Source: Gemmatimonadota bacterium
Lineage (GTDB): Bacteria; Latescibacterota; UBA2968; UBA8231
Length of the DNA: 45,969 nt
Direction: 5' to 3'
NCBI GenBank assembly: GCA_038153405.1
Contig: JAYOYH010000018.1
Location: 1 to 45,969 of the forward strand
Position numbers and translations under genes: made by a program. The notes below the pieces were generated by a model. That model did no database searches. It was given only the letters and a program-made list of their open reading frames with translations, and was not told the origin of the DNA. Below, in pieces: positions 19,556 through 28,288 of this stretch. The stretch's first letter is position 1; each line of letters begins with the position of its first letter.

Positions 19556-20329
19556 ATGAGTCAGGCGCAAGAACAGGCGGGCACGACGGTTCAGCCAGAA
19601 GAACAGCGGACGGTTGTGCGCACGCAGCAGGTCAAGAAGATGTACAAGATGGGCGAGATTGAAGTGCATGCTCTGCGCGGCGTAGACATGGAAATCTACA
19701 CGGGCGAATACCTGTCGATCATGGGGCCTTCGGGGTCGGGGAAGAGCACGTTCTTCAATATGGTCGGCGGTTTGGACAAGCCATCTGAGGGCAAGGTGTA
19801 CATCGACGAAGTCGACGTGGCCCAGCTCGACGCTTACGAGTTGGCCTGGCTGCGCTGCCGCAAGATTGGCTATATCTTCCAGTCGTTTAACTTGATTCCC
19901 GTTATGACGGCGCTGGAAAACGTCACTCTACCCATGGTCTTTGCCGGCCTGACCAGCGATGAGGCGCGCGATAAGGGCATGGAATTGCTCAAGAAAGTGG
20001 GCCTGGGTGAGCGCTATGCGCACAAGCCGAACGAGCTGTCCGGCGGTCAGCAGCAGCGCGTGGCCGTGGCCCGTGCTCTGGCCAACGATCCGGCCGTTGT
20101 GCTGGCCGATGAGCCGACGGCCAACCTCGACCTGCGCACCGGCACGGAGATTATTGAACTGCTGCGCGAGATGAACGACGACTCCGGGGTGACGATTATT
20201 TCGGCGACACACGACCACAAAATGCTCAGCGTTTCCGATCGAGTGGTCTGGGTCAAAGACGGTCAAGTGGATCGCATTGCCAAGCGCGAAGACCTTGATA
20301 TCGAGGTGACACACGTAGAAGGCGAGTAG
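19556..20329 (+). CDS. ABC transporter ATP-binding protein (LolD/MacB-type)
   Basis: GPSGSGKST, LSGGQQQRVAVARAL, LADEPT, ATHD; GAGGA RBS before ATG 19556. Confidence 0.93.
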   Translation: MSQAQEQAGTTVQPEEQRTVVRTQQVKKMYKMGEIEVHALRGVDMEIYTGEYLSIMGPSGSGKSTFFNMVGGLDKPSEGKVYIDEVDVAQLDAYELAWLRCRKIGYIFQSFNLIPVMTALENVTLPMVFAGLTSDEARDKGMELLKKVGLGERYAHKPNELSGGQQQRVAVARALANDPAVVLADEPTANLDLRTGTEIIELLREMNDDSGVTIISATHDHKMLSVSDRVVWVKDGQVDRIAKREDLDIEVTHVEGE

Positions 20330-21111
20330 TGCTACCGGACTATTCGGCGGACGTGTGGACGTGCGCCGTGTGTGCCGTATTGCTGATGGGCGTGGCCAAG
20401 GCGGGTTTCGGGGGCGGCATTGGCATTGTTGCTACCCCGCTGTTGGCCCTGGTTATGCCGGTGGCCGATGCGGCGGCCCTCATGCTGCCGCTGCTTATCG
20501 CCTGTGACGTATTTGCGGTTCGCCACTACTACAACTGCTTCGATGGCAAAAGCGTGAAGAGGCTTCTGCCCGGCGCCTTTTTGGGCATCGGGGCAGGAGC
20601 CTTCTTTTTTGGTTATTTCAGTCAGCACGAGCGCGTGCTAGAAGTTGGGCTGGGCGTGTTGGCACTGCTCTTTGTCGCGTTTCAAATCGCGCGGGCTTTT
20701 GTATTGGGCGCGGCAGAGAAGCGCCATCCCGGCGCTGTAGAGGGTGTGCTGATGGGCACAATTTCGGGTTTTACCTCGACCATCGCCCACGCCGGTGCAC
20801 CGCCCGTAGTGGTCTACCTATTGCCTCAGCAACTGCCTCGCCAGCGCTTTGTCGGCACCACGGTTGTTTTTTTTGCCGCGCTCAACTTGATAAAAGTGCC
20901 GCCCTACTGGGGGCTGGGTCTGTTTCACTTCGACATATTTAAAATGACGCTGCTGCTCGCTCCGCTGGCGTATGCGGGCGTCAAATTGGGCGTATTTCTC
21001 AACGCGCGCTTTACCGATGTGTGGTTCAATCGCGTAGTGTACGGCGTGCTGGTGCTGATGGCCGCACAACTCATTGCCGGTTCCAGCCTGCTGAATTTTC
21101 TGCTGGCTTAA
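20329..21111 (+). CDS. Sulfite exporter TauE/SafE family protein
   Basis: KAGFGGGIG...PLL, GFTSTIAHAGAPP, NLIKVPPY; about 8 TM segments. Confidence 0.88.
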   Translation: MLPDYSADVWTCAVCAVLLMGVAKAGFGGGIGIVATPLLALVMPVADAAALMLPLLIACDVFAVRHYYNCFDGKSVKRLLPGAFLGIGAGAFFFGYFSQHERVLEVGLGVLALLFVAFQIARAFVLGAAEKRHPGAVEGVLMGTISGFTSTIAHAGAPPVVVYLLPQQLPRQRFVGTTVVFFAALNLIKVPPYWGLGLFHFDIFKMTLLLAPLAYAGVKLGVFLNARFTDVWFNRVVYGVLVLMAAQLIAGSSLLNFLLA

Positions 21112-21162
21112 GCGTTCGCGGGTGTCTGCAGCAGGCGTGAACAATAGTATAGGAGGTACTGT

Positions 21163-22617
21163 ATGCGCATAGCTTTGGCGGGTTTTTCTCACGAGTCGAA
21201 TACGTTTTACTCGCAGCCGACGCGTCTGAACGACTTTGGCGTGCGCGAGGGCGAGCATATCCTCGCACACTACGCCGATACATTCCACGAAATCGCCGGC
21301 TATATTGCCGGCGCTGAGCAGTACGGATACGAACTGTTTCCCATTATCTCGGCCGGTGCAACGCCCGCTGCTGCCGTCGAATCAGATGCGTATGAGTATT
21401 TTGTCGGGCGCATCCTAGACGGCCTGCAAAATGGGCCTGCCGTCGACGGCGTGCTGCTGGCTCTGCACGGCGCTATGGTGGCAGAGGGCTACCCGCACGC
21501 CGACGCCGAAACCGTTCGGCGCGTGCGCGCTCTAGTCGGTGGTGATGTGCCCATTGCCGTTACGCATGACTACCATGCCAACGTGCCACCCGAATTGGTA
21601 GATGCGGCCGACGCGCTGGTCATTTACAAAACCAATCCCCACGTCGATCAGCGCGAGCGCGGTTTGCAGGCCGCTTCTATTTTGGTGCGAACAATTCGCG
21701 GTGAAGTGCGGCCGGTGATGGCGTTGGCCAAGCCGGAGGTGCTCTTCAACATATACCATCACAACACGAGCGTTGCTCCCATGCAGCCGTTGATGCAGGA
21801 GGCCATTGCGCTGGAACAGCGGGAGGGCATTCTGGCCTGTAGCATTGCCGCCGGTTACCAATATGCCGACGTGCCGCATATGGGGCCTTCCATTGTCGTG
21901 ATTGCCGACGGTGACGAGGAACTGGCCCAGAATCAAGCGCAGCGCATTGAGGAGGCCATGTGGTTGGTGCGCGAACAGCTAAAGCCACAGGTCGCCGATG
22001 CAAAGGGGGCGGTCGAGCAGGCGTGCGCAGGCGATGCGTTTCCCGTGTGCCTGCTCGATTTTGGCGACAATATAGGCGGCGGGTCGGCCGGCGACTCGAC
22101 CTTTATCCTCGCAGAACTCGTGCGGCAACATGCAGAGCGGTGGGTGTGCACGCTGTGGGACCCCGAAAGCGCGCAGGCCTGTTTTGCCGCTGGCATAGGG
22201 GCCGAGATCGATTTACAGGTAGGCGGCAAGACCGACCACGTGCACGGCGCAACGCTGTCGATCAGGGGGCGGGTGCGCACGCTGCACGATGGTTCGTATG
22301 AGGAGACGGAGCGCCGGCACGGCGGCGGCCGCCTGTTCAACCAGGGTCTGACGGCCGTCGTCGACGTCGATGGCAGAGGACTATTGGTGCTCAACAGCCA
22401 TCGGTCGTCACCTAACAGCATCCATCAGATAACGTGCGTGGGCATCCAGCCTTCTCAGCAAAAAATTCTCGTAGCTAAGGGGGCCGTGGCGCCGCGCGCC
22501 GCCTACGAGCCGGTGTGTGCGCGTCTGATCGAAGTGGCTTCGGGCGGTGCAACGGCTATTCTGCGCGCCCCTGAAGAATACCAATGGGCGCGCAAAACGC
22601 TCTACGAATGGCAGTGA
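21163..22617 (+). CDS. M81 metallopeptidase (MlrC family)
   Basis: HESNTF, LALHGAMV, DYHAN, YKTNPHVD, DNIGGGSAGDST; AGGAGG RBS. Confidence 0.92.
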   Translation: MRIALAGFSHESNTFYSQPTRLNDFGVREGEHILAHYADTFHEIAGYIAGAEQYGYELFPIISAGATPAAAVESDAYEYFVGRILDGLQNGPAVDGVLLALHGAMVAEGYPHADAETVRRVRALVGGDVPIAVTHDYHANVPPELVDAADALVIYKTNPHVDQRERGLQAASILVRTIRGEVRPVMALAKPEVLFNIYHHNTSVAPMQPLMQEAIALEQREGILACSIAAGYQYADVPHMGPSIVVIADGDEELAQNQAQRIEEAMWLVREQLKPQVADAKGAVEQACAGDAFPVCLLDFGDNIGGGSAGDSTFILAELVRQHAERWVCTLWDPESAQACFAAGIGAEIDLQVGGKTDHVHGATLSIRGRVRTLHDGSYEETERRHGGGRLFNQGLTAVVDVDGRGLLVLNSHRSSPNSIHQITCVGIQPSQQKILVAKGAVAPRAAYEPVCARLIEVASGGATAILRAPEEYQWARKTLYEWQ

Positions 22618-22642
22618 TTCACAGCAGAAAAGGAGTCCTATC

Positions 22643-23686
22643 GTGACGCTTCGAATCGGCATTGTCGGCGCGGGTGCCAACACCCGCCTGCAGCATATTC
22701 CGGGTTTCCGCGCTCTCCAAGACGTCGAGGTCTCAGCGGTGTGTAACCGCTCGTTAGAATCGAGCCAGAAGGCGGCTGACGAGTTAGGTATTCCACGCGC
22801 ATTTGCCGACTGGAAAGAGCTGGTATACAGCGATGCGGTCGACGCGGTGTGCGTGGGCACTTGGCCGTATATGCATTGCCCGATCGTCTTGGAAGCGCTC
22901 GCCGCCGGCAAGCACGTGCTCACCGAGGCGCGCATGTGCATGAACCTGGCAGAGGCTCGGCAAATGCACGCTGCGGCGCAGGGCAGTCCGTGCGTGGCGA
23001 TGATCGTGCCGGCGCCGATGTATCTGGCCGCCGAGCCCCAGTTACTCGATATGGTGCGCGACGGATTCTTTGGTGAGCTGTTGGAAATTGAAGTGCGCGG
23101 TCTGGGTGGCGGCTATAATCCTACGGCGCCGCTGCACTGGCGTCAGCGCCGCGATCTTTCGGGTCAAAACATTATGGCGATGGGCATATTGAACGAGACG
23201 GTGCGCCGCTACGCCGGCCACGAGCGCGCGGTGTTGGCGCACGGCAAGATCTTCACGGCGGAGCGAATCGATCCAGATGCGCGCACCGCGCGTCCGGTGG
23301 ACGTGCCCGATAGCTTGGGCGTGTTGGCCGAGATGGAAAGCGGCGCGACGGCGGTCTATCACCTCAGCAGCGTGGCGCGTCTGGGCGACGGGACGACGTT
23401 TGAATTCTACGGTACTAAAGGCAGCTTCAAGATGGAAGGCGGTTCGGCCATTGCGCCCGGGCGCGTGTGGGTTGCCGGCGAAGGGGACGACGCCTACCGC
23501 CCGTTCGACGCACCCGCATTGCCGCGCAACGGCTGGAGAGTAGAAGAAGACTTTGTCGACGCCATCCGCCAGGGACGACCGGTGACACATACAAATTTTA
23601 CCGCTGGCGTTCAGTATATGCAGTTTACAGAAGCGGTGCAGGTCAGTCTGGAAGAAGGGCGCAAGGTGTCTCTCGACGAGCTGTGA
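22643..23686 (+). CDS. Gfo/Idh/MocA family oxidoreductase
   Basis: IGIVGAGANTR, HIPGF, VGTWPYMH, AGKHVLTEARM; AGGAG RBS before GTG 22643. Confidence 0.9.
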   Translation: MTLRIGIVGAGANTRLQHIPGFRALQDVEVSAVCNRSLESSQKAADELGIPRAFADWKELVYSDAVDAVCVGTWPYMHCPIVLEALAAGKHVLTEARMCMNLAEARQMHAAAQGSPCVAMIVPAPMYLAAEPQLLDMVRDGFFGELLEIEVRGLGGGYNPTAPLHWRQRRDLSGQNIMAMGILNETVRRYAGHERAVLAHGKIFTAERIDPDARTARPVDVPDSLGVLAEMESGATAVYHLSSVARLGDGTTFEFYGTKGSFKMEGGSAIAPGRVWVAGEGDDAYRPFDAPALPRNGWRVEEDFVDAIRQGRPVTHTNFTAGVQYMQFTEAVQVSLEEGRKVSLDEL

Positions 23687-23711
23687 GAGCGGACGAATAG
23701 AGTCGTTTTAT

Positions 23712-23751
23712 AGAGCGGTTGCCCGAGCGCAGGGCGACCGCTCTTTTTTTT
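23712..23751 (+). terminator. Rho-independent terminator
   Basis: AGAGCGGTTGCCC-GAGCGCA-GGGCGACCGCTCT hairpin (one G-U pair) followed by a T run, between convergent genes. Confidence 0.85.
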
Positions 23752-23772
23752 ATGTGCCGGAGCAGCGGTCGA

Positions 23773-24564
23773 TCATAGGAATTCGCCGCAGTGGGGGCAG
23801 CGCGCCGGTTCGTCGGAGGCGTTTTCGCGCATTTTTCCCAACTCATCGGTAAATCCGGCCCCTAGGATGCCCGCTGGTAGCGCAAACATGCCAATGCCGA
23901 GCACGGCGATGATGGCGCCGATGGTTTGACCGAGCGGCGTTATGGGATAGGTGTCTCCGTAGCCAACCGTCGTCAGGGTGACAATGCCCCACCACATGGT
24001 CGCGGGAATGCTGGAAAAGGATTCGGGTTGCACGCTGTGTTCGGCAAAGAACATCAGCGACGAGGCGATGACGAGCAGGGTTAAGAGCACGAAGAAGATG
24101 CTGACTAATTCTTCTTTGCGCTCCGTTACGACGTGACCGAGTAGGCGTAAGGCGCGCGAGTAGCGCACCAATTTGACGATGCGGAAGATGCGCAGCAGGC
24201 GCACCGTGCGCACAAAGCGCAGGTCGACGCCAAAGAAGGGCAAGAAAAAGGGGAGTATGGCGAGTAGATCGATGAGGCCGAGCGGCGAAAGGGCGAAGCG
24301 CAGGCGACCGGCAAGGGGTTGGGTATAGCGGGGATCGGTTGTGCAAGACCACAGGCGCAGAATGTACTCGACGGAAAAAATGACAATAGAGAAAGTCTCG
24401 AATGCGGCAAAGGTCTCTTTATGGGCGCGGTAAATGGGCTCTACAGTCTCGAGAATCAGGGCTACGATGTTGAGAAAAATGAGCGTGACGATCGACGCAT
24501 CGACAACGCGGCCGGTGTCGTCGCCTGGCTCAAGAAAGTAGTAGACGTGCTCTCTGATGTGCAT
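23773..24564 (-). CDS. Voltage-gated potassium channel (6-TM ion transporter)
   Basis: S4 LRFVRTVRLLRIFRIVKLVRY; pore WWGIVTLTTVGYGD; C-terminal CPHCG. Confidence 0.93.
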   Translation of the reverse strand: MHIREHVYYFLEPGDDTGRVVDASIVTLIFLNIVALILETVEPIYRAHKETFAAFETFSIVIFSVEYILRLWSCTTDPRYTQPLAGRLRFALSPLGLIDLLAILPFFLPFFGVDLRFVRTVRLLRIFRIVKLVRYSRALRLLGHVVTERKEELVSIFFVLLTLLVIASSLMFFAEHSVQPESFSSIPATMWWGIVTLTTVGYGDTYPITPLGQTIGAIIAVLGIGMFALPAGILGAGFTDELGKMRENASDEPARCPHCGEFL

Positions 24565-24635
24565 TGTAATCTCCCTGTATGCGCGTTCCCCTCAGCGAAG
24601 GTGCCTCCAAAGAGCGCGTTTGCGCAAGCGGGCAC

Positions 24636-25766
24636 TTAGGTCCAGTCAGTAAAAACCTCTTCCGCCAGACCGAACGACGTCGTCATGCCGGCGCCGCCGA
24701 CGCCGTTTACAATGCGCACATCGGGCGCTGGGCTCGCGACGAAGTCCGCCCGCGTTGGATGCTTGGCGTAGACGCCGCTCCAGCGCTGGGCGATGTCCAG
24801 CGAAGGGGCTGCAAGAAAGCTCTGCAGATAGTCGAGTATAAGGCGATCGATGTGCGGTTTGTCGAAGGGGTCGGGGTGCCAATCATACTCGTGTGAATCG
24901 CCGATGGTGATCTCGCCCAGGCCGTTTTGTGAGGCCATTACGTGAATACCCCACTGGTCGAACTCAGGTCTTTGGCGGCTAATCCGCGCCGCGTAATCGG
25001 CCAGCGCGGCGCAGCGCTTAAAGGCGGCGTAGTGGCGCAGCGTGAGTCCGGCCGCCAGCATGGGGCCCAACTGCCAGGCGTTGGCTTGGGGAACGGTGCG
25101 CATCATCTGCAGCTTGCAGCGCGTCAGACCGCTGTCGGCGTAGATTGCTGGATAGAGGCTCTCAAAATCTACGCCGCTGCACACGACGGCGCGCTCGACG
25201 TGCCAGGTAGCTGAAGGCGTGTACACGCGCGGCAGGTCAATGGCGTGCACGGGCGTGGAAAAGCACAGTTCGACGCCGAACTCGCGCGCTAGGAACAGCG
25301 GCAGTTGAGCTATGGCCTGGCGCGGGTCGACGCAGACCTCGCTCGCACTCCAGATACCGCCCCTGAGGCCATCGGTGCGCACGGCGCTGCTGCGCGCGAC
25401 AACGCCCTGTGCGTCGAGCAATTCGACTTCATAGCCCAATGTGGGAGCGAGTTGAGCAAATTCGGCAAGCACGGCTAGTTCGTCGTCTGCGTAGGCCAGG
25501 TGTAGCGAACCGGTAGACTGGTGCCACAGCCGCGCGGCCGGGGCGATGTCGAGCCACACATCGCGCGTGCGCAGGGCGCGCTGGTGCACGGCACCTGGCT
25601 CTTGGCCGATGGGCCATATCATACCAAAATTGCGAATGGAGGCGCCGCAGGCCTGCGGCGCGCGCTCGAAGAGGACGACGGATAATCCGCGCCGAGCGGC
25701 CGCCAGTGCATGGGCCAAGCCGACGATGCCGGCGCCGACGATGGCGATATCTCTTTTCTCGTCCAT
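24636..25766 (-). CDS. FAD-dependent oxidoreductase, TIGR03364/HpnW-like (phosphonate-catabolism associated)
   Basis: IVGAGIVGLAHA, GASIRNFG, CKLQMMR, LTLRHY, IGDSHEY, GGAGMTTSFGLAE; AAGGAGG RBS before ATG 25766. Confidence 0.85.
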   Translation of the reverse strand: MDEKRDIAIVGAGIVGLAHALAAARRGLSVVLFERAPQACGASIRNFGMIWPIGQEPGAVHQRALRTRDVWLDIAPAARLWHQSTGSLHLAYADDELAVLAEFAQLAPTLGYEVELLDAQGVVARSSAVRTDGLRGGIWSASEVCVDPRQAIAQLPLFLAREFGVELCFSTPVHAIDLPRVYTPSATWHVERAVVCSGVDFESLYPAIYADSGLTRCKLQMMRTVPQANAWQLGPMLAAGLTLRHYAAFKRCAALADYAARISRQRPEFDQWGIHVMASQNGLGEITIGDSHEYDWHPDPFDKPHIDRLILDYLQSFLAAPSLDIAQRWSGVYAKHPTRADFVASPAPDVRIVNGVGGAGMTTSFGLAEEVFTDWT

Positions 25767-25783
25767 AGACGCTGCGTTCCTCC

Positions 25784-26824
25784 TTAGTCGGCGCGGACGG
25801 CGACGCGGAAAAAGCGCTGTGTTTGCGCCAGTTCGACGGCGTGCTTCAACTGACTCAGCGCTGTGGGCGGGCTGACCAGCTCCTCGTAGGGATAGCGGGC
25901 CGCCGTCACATCGAGAAAGGCAATGGCCTCGTCGAGGTGGCGGGGGCTGTAGTTGTGCACGCCGCGAACGGTCAGGCACTTGCGAACGATCTGCTCACCG
26001 GTGATATCCAGCTGCGTATCGGGATGGACCATACCAACAAAGGCGTAGTAACCACCGGGGCGCACGGCGGCTATGCCCTCGTTGATCAGAGCTGCTGATC
26101 CGGCCAGTTCGAAAACGGCATCGACGCCGGCGGGTTCGCGCGCGCGCACCGCGTCGGTGCCTTCTACGGGTATAGCGCCGAAATCTGCGCTGCGACGGCG
26201 TCGTTCATCGTTGCGGTCCACGCAGTAGACGCGCTCTACGCCGCGCTGGGTGAGCAGGGCACAGCAGTACAGGCCGAGCAGGCCAGCGCCCTGGACGAGC
26301 GCGGAGTGGCACCGCTCGGGCAGGCGCTCTGCGGCGTTGACGACCGTTGCCAGCGCGCAGTTGGCGGGGGCGACGACGGCATCGGTCAGGTGATTGGGCA
26401 GCGCGACGATATGCGTGCCGCTGCGCAGCAGGATGTGGGAGGCATAGCAGCCGTTTAGGCCGCTGCCGTCGTCGAGCGCCGCATGTCCATACTTGAACAA
26501 GTGCGCGCATTTTTCCGGTAGGTCATATTCGCTGCAGGCCGGACACGCGCCACAGCTATCGGCAATGCTCCACGTAATGCGATCGCCTATGCGCAGGTCA
26601 TCGCGTCCGGGCCCGGACGCGATGACGCGTCCAACGGCTTCGTGACCGAGGATACAGGGCGTCGGTTCGGTCCGCAGTCCGGACAGCGTGTGCAGGTCTG
26701 AACCGCAAATGGTAGCTAGGGCAATCTCGACCAGCACCTCGCCTGGCTGCAGCGATGTGGGAAGGGAAACGGCCTGCTCGCTCAGCGGCTGGTCGGGACC
26801 GTGAAACACCTGGGCATAGGCCAT
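25784..26824 (-). CDS. Zinc-dependent alcohol dehydrogenase, TIGR03366/HpnZ-like
   Basis: LATICGSDLHT, LGHEAVG, CGACPAC...PEKC..LFKYGH, PANCALAT, GAGLLG, GVHNY. Confidence 0.82.
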   Translation of the reverse strand: MAYAQVFHGPDQPLSEQAVSLPTSLQPGEVLVEIALATICGSDLHTLSGLRTEPTPCILGHEAVGRVIASGPGRDDLRIGDRITWSIADSCGACPACSEYDLPEKCAHLFKYGHAALDDGSGLNGCYASHILLRSGTHIVALPNHLTDAVVAPANCALATVVNAAERLPERCHSALVQGAGLLGLYCCALLTQRGVERVYCVDRNDERRRRSADFGAIPVEGTDAVRAREPAGVDAVFELAGSAALINEGIAAVRPGGYYAFVGMVHPDTQLDITGEQIVRKCLTVRGVHNYSPRHLDEAIAFLDVTAARYPYEELVSPPTALSQLKHAVELAQTQRFFRVAVRAD

Positions 26825-26826
26825 TA

Positions 26827-27561
26827 TTAACCTGGAGATTGGCGCCAGTAGCCCTCGAGCGAGTCCTGGGGCGTCCAGCCGAGCAAGCGGCGCGCCTTGT
26901 CGTTGTGATAGCGGCCGTGCGGCGTATCGGTGGTAATGTGGAAGATTTCGCAGCGCGAAGGCAGCGTCTGCAGGTCGACTTCCAAGCAGTTGCGCAGGGC
27001 GCGCGCCGCATCGGCGAAAGTGACGGAAAAGGGATTGGTATCGCCGCCTCCCTGTCCCTCAGCTGGTTCGGCATCGCGAAAACTCAGGAAGAGCGTGGTC
27101 AGCACGTGTATGGGGTAGTTGGCGCTGAATACGCGGCAGATCTCCTGGCCGATGGATTTGCTGTGTGCGTAGAGATTGAGCCCCGAGTGCAGGGGCACCT
27201 CCTCGCTGATGTCGAAGTCGTAGTGTTCGTAGCTGGGGCCGACCTGCGTAAAGTGCGGCCCCGTATTGATAAAGCGGGCGTGGCCCAGTTCTGCTGCGGC
27301 TCGCACGGCGTTATAGGTGCCGGTCGTATTGACGTCAAAGGCTACTTTGCGGTCGGGGCGTAGCACAGAGCAGTTGACAATGACGTCGGTGCCCTCGGCC
27401 GCCCTGCGGACCTGCTCCAAATTACCGACGTCGACGCGCATCGTCTCGTGCGGGCTGTCGATGTCGATTATATCGGTGACGCGCAGATCGTAGTGACCTT
27501 CCAACTCGTTGACCACATGCGGGCCGAGAAAGCCGTTGCCGCCTAGGAGTAGGACTTTCAT
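26827..27561 (-). CDS. NAD-dependent epimerase/dehydrogenase (extended SDR)
   Basis: LLGGNGFLG, FDVNTTGTYN, LYAHSK (YxxxK), KARRLLGWTPQ. Confidence 0.85.
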   Translation of the reverse strand: MKVLLLGGNGFLGPHVVNELEGHYDLRVTDIIDIDSPHETMRVDVGNLEQVRRAAEGTDVIVNCSVLRPDRKVAFDVNTTGTYNAVRAAAELGHARFINTGPHFTQVGPSYEHYDFDISEEVPLHSGLNLYAHSKSIGQEICRVFSANYPIHVLTTLFLSFRDAEPAEGQGGGDTNPFSVTFADAARALRNCLEVDLQTLPSRCEIFHITTDTPHGRYHNDKARRLLGWTPQDSLEGYWRQSPG

Positions 27562-28277
27562 GCGTGAGCCTCAAAGGAATGCTGTGGGGTAAACTCGAGC
27601 GCCTTACACAGCCGCTCGCAAGAGAAGCGCGCGCGTGGGGAAACGGACTGCAAGTGCAGCACGTGGTAGTTGCGCGGTCGGCGCTGACCGGAGGCTTGGC
27701 GCTTTTGCAGAATGCGCTCTACGGCGCTGGCGGCATCGCGCTCGTCGAGCCACATGGGGTCGAACGGCTGTCCGGCAACGCGGTCGGCGTGGACTACGTG
27801 CCCGAGGCGGAGGACGGTGATATCCAGCGCGTTGGCGTGGGCAAACTCGCGGGCGGTGAACTCGGCGATATGAGCGCCCAACTGAGCGGGATCGGTATTG
27901 GGCAAGGGCTGCCAGTTTTCCGAAACCGTCATATCCACATCGTAGGGCTGAAAGAGGTCGAGCGTGCTGAGGAGGAGGACGCACTGAACATCGGCTTCAG
28001 AAGCGGCCAAGAGCAGGTTGTAATGGCGACGCGAATTGGCATCGAGCCACTCGTTCTCGGCGTCGCCCTCGCGCGGCGCATAGGCCAGGTGCACAATGGC
28101 ATCAATGCCCTCTACCAGCGCATCGGTGCTCTCGTCGTGTCCTAGGCTGCTGGCGACGAATTCGAGCTCTGTATCGAGCGATACGTTGTCGGTCAGGCGC
28201 AGCTGGTGATGGGCGCGCAAGCCGGCTGCCATCGCCTGGCCCAAGGGACTGGCAGCACCGGTAATCAGGACTCTCAT
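27558..28277 (-). CDS. SDR-fold protein with degenerate catalytic motifs
   Basis: ITGAASPLG, AIVHLA, YNLLLAA, VLRLG; QLGAH where YxxxK is expected. Confidence 0.8.
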   Translation of the reverse strand: MRVLITGAASPLGQAMAAGLRAHHQLRLTDNVSLDTELEFVASSLGHDESTDALVEGIDAIVHLAYAPREGDAENEWLDANSRRHYNLLLAASEADVQCVLLLSTLDLFQPYDVDMTVSENWQPLPNTDPAQLGAHIAEFTAREFAHANALDITVLRLGHVVHADRVAGQPFDPMWLDERDAASAVERILQKRQASGQRRPRNYHVLHLQSVSPRARFSCERLCKALEFTPQHSFEAHA

Positions 28278-28288
28278 AGTCGTTGCCC

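Noticed and set aside
21163..22617. MlrC as evidence of microcystin degradation
   Set aside because: M81 family is widespread; no mlrA, mlrB or mlrD in the window
25767..25979. 70-aa N-terminal extension of the FAD oxidoreductase
   Set aside because: Overlaps the ADH gene; a strong RBS precedes ATG 25766
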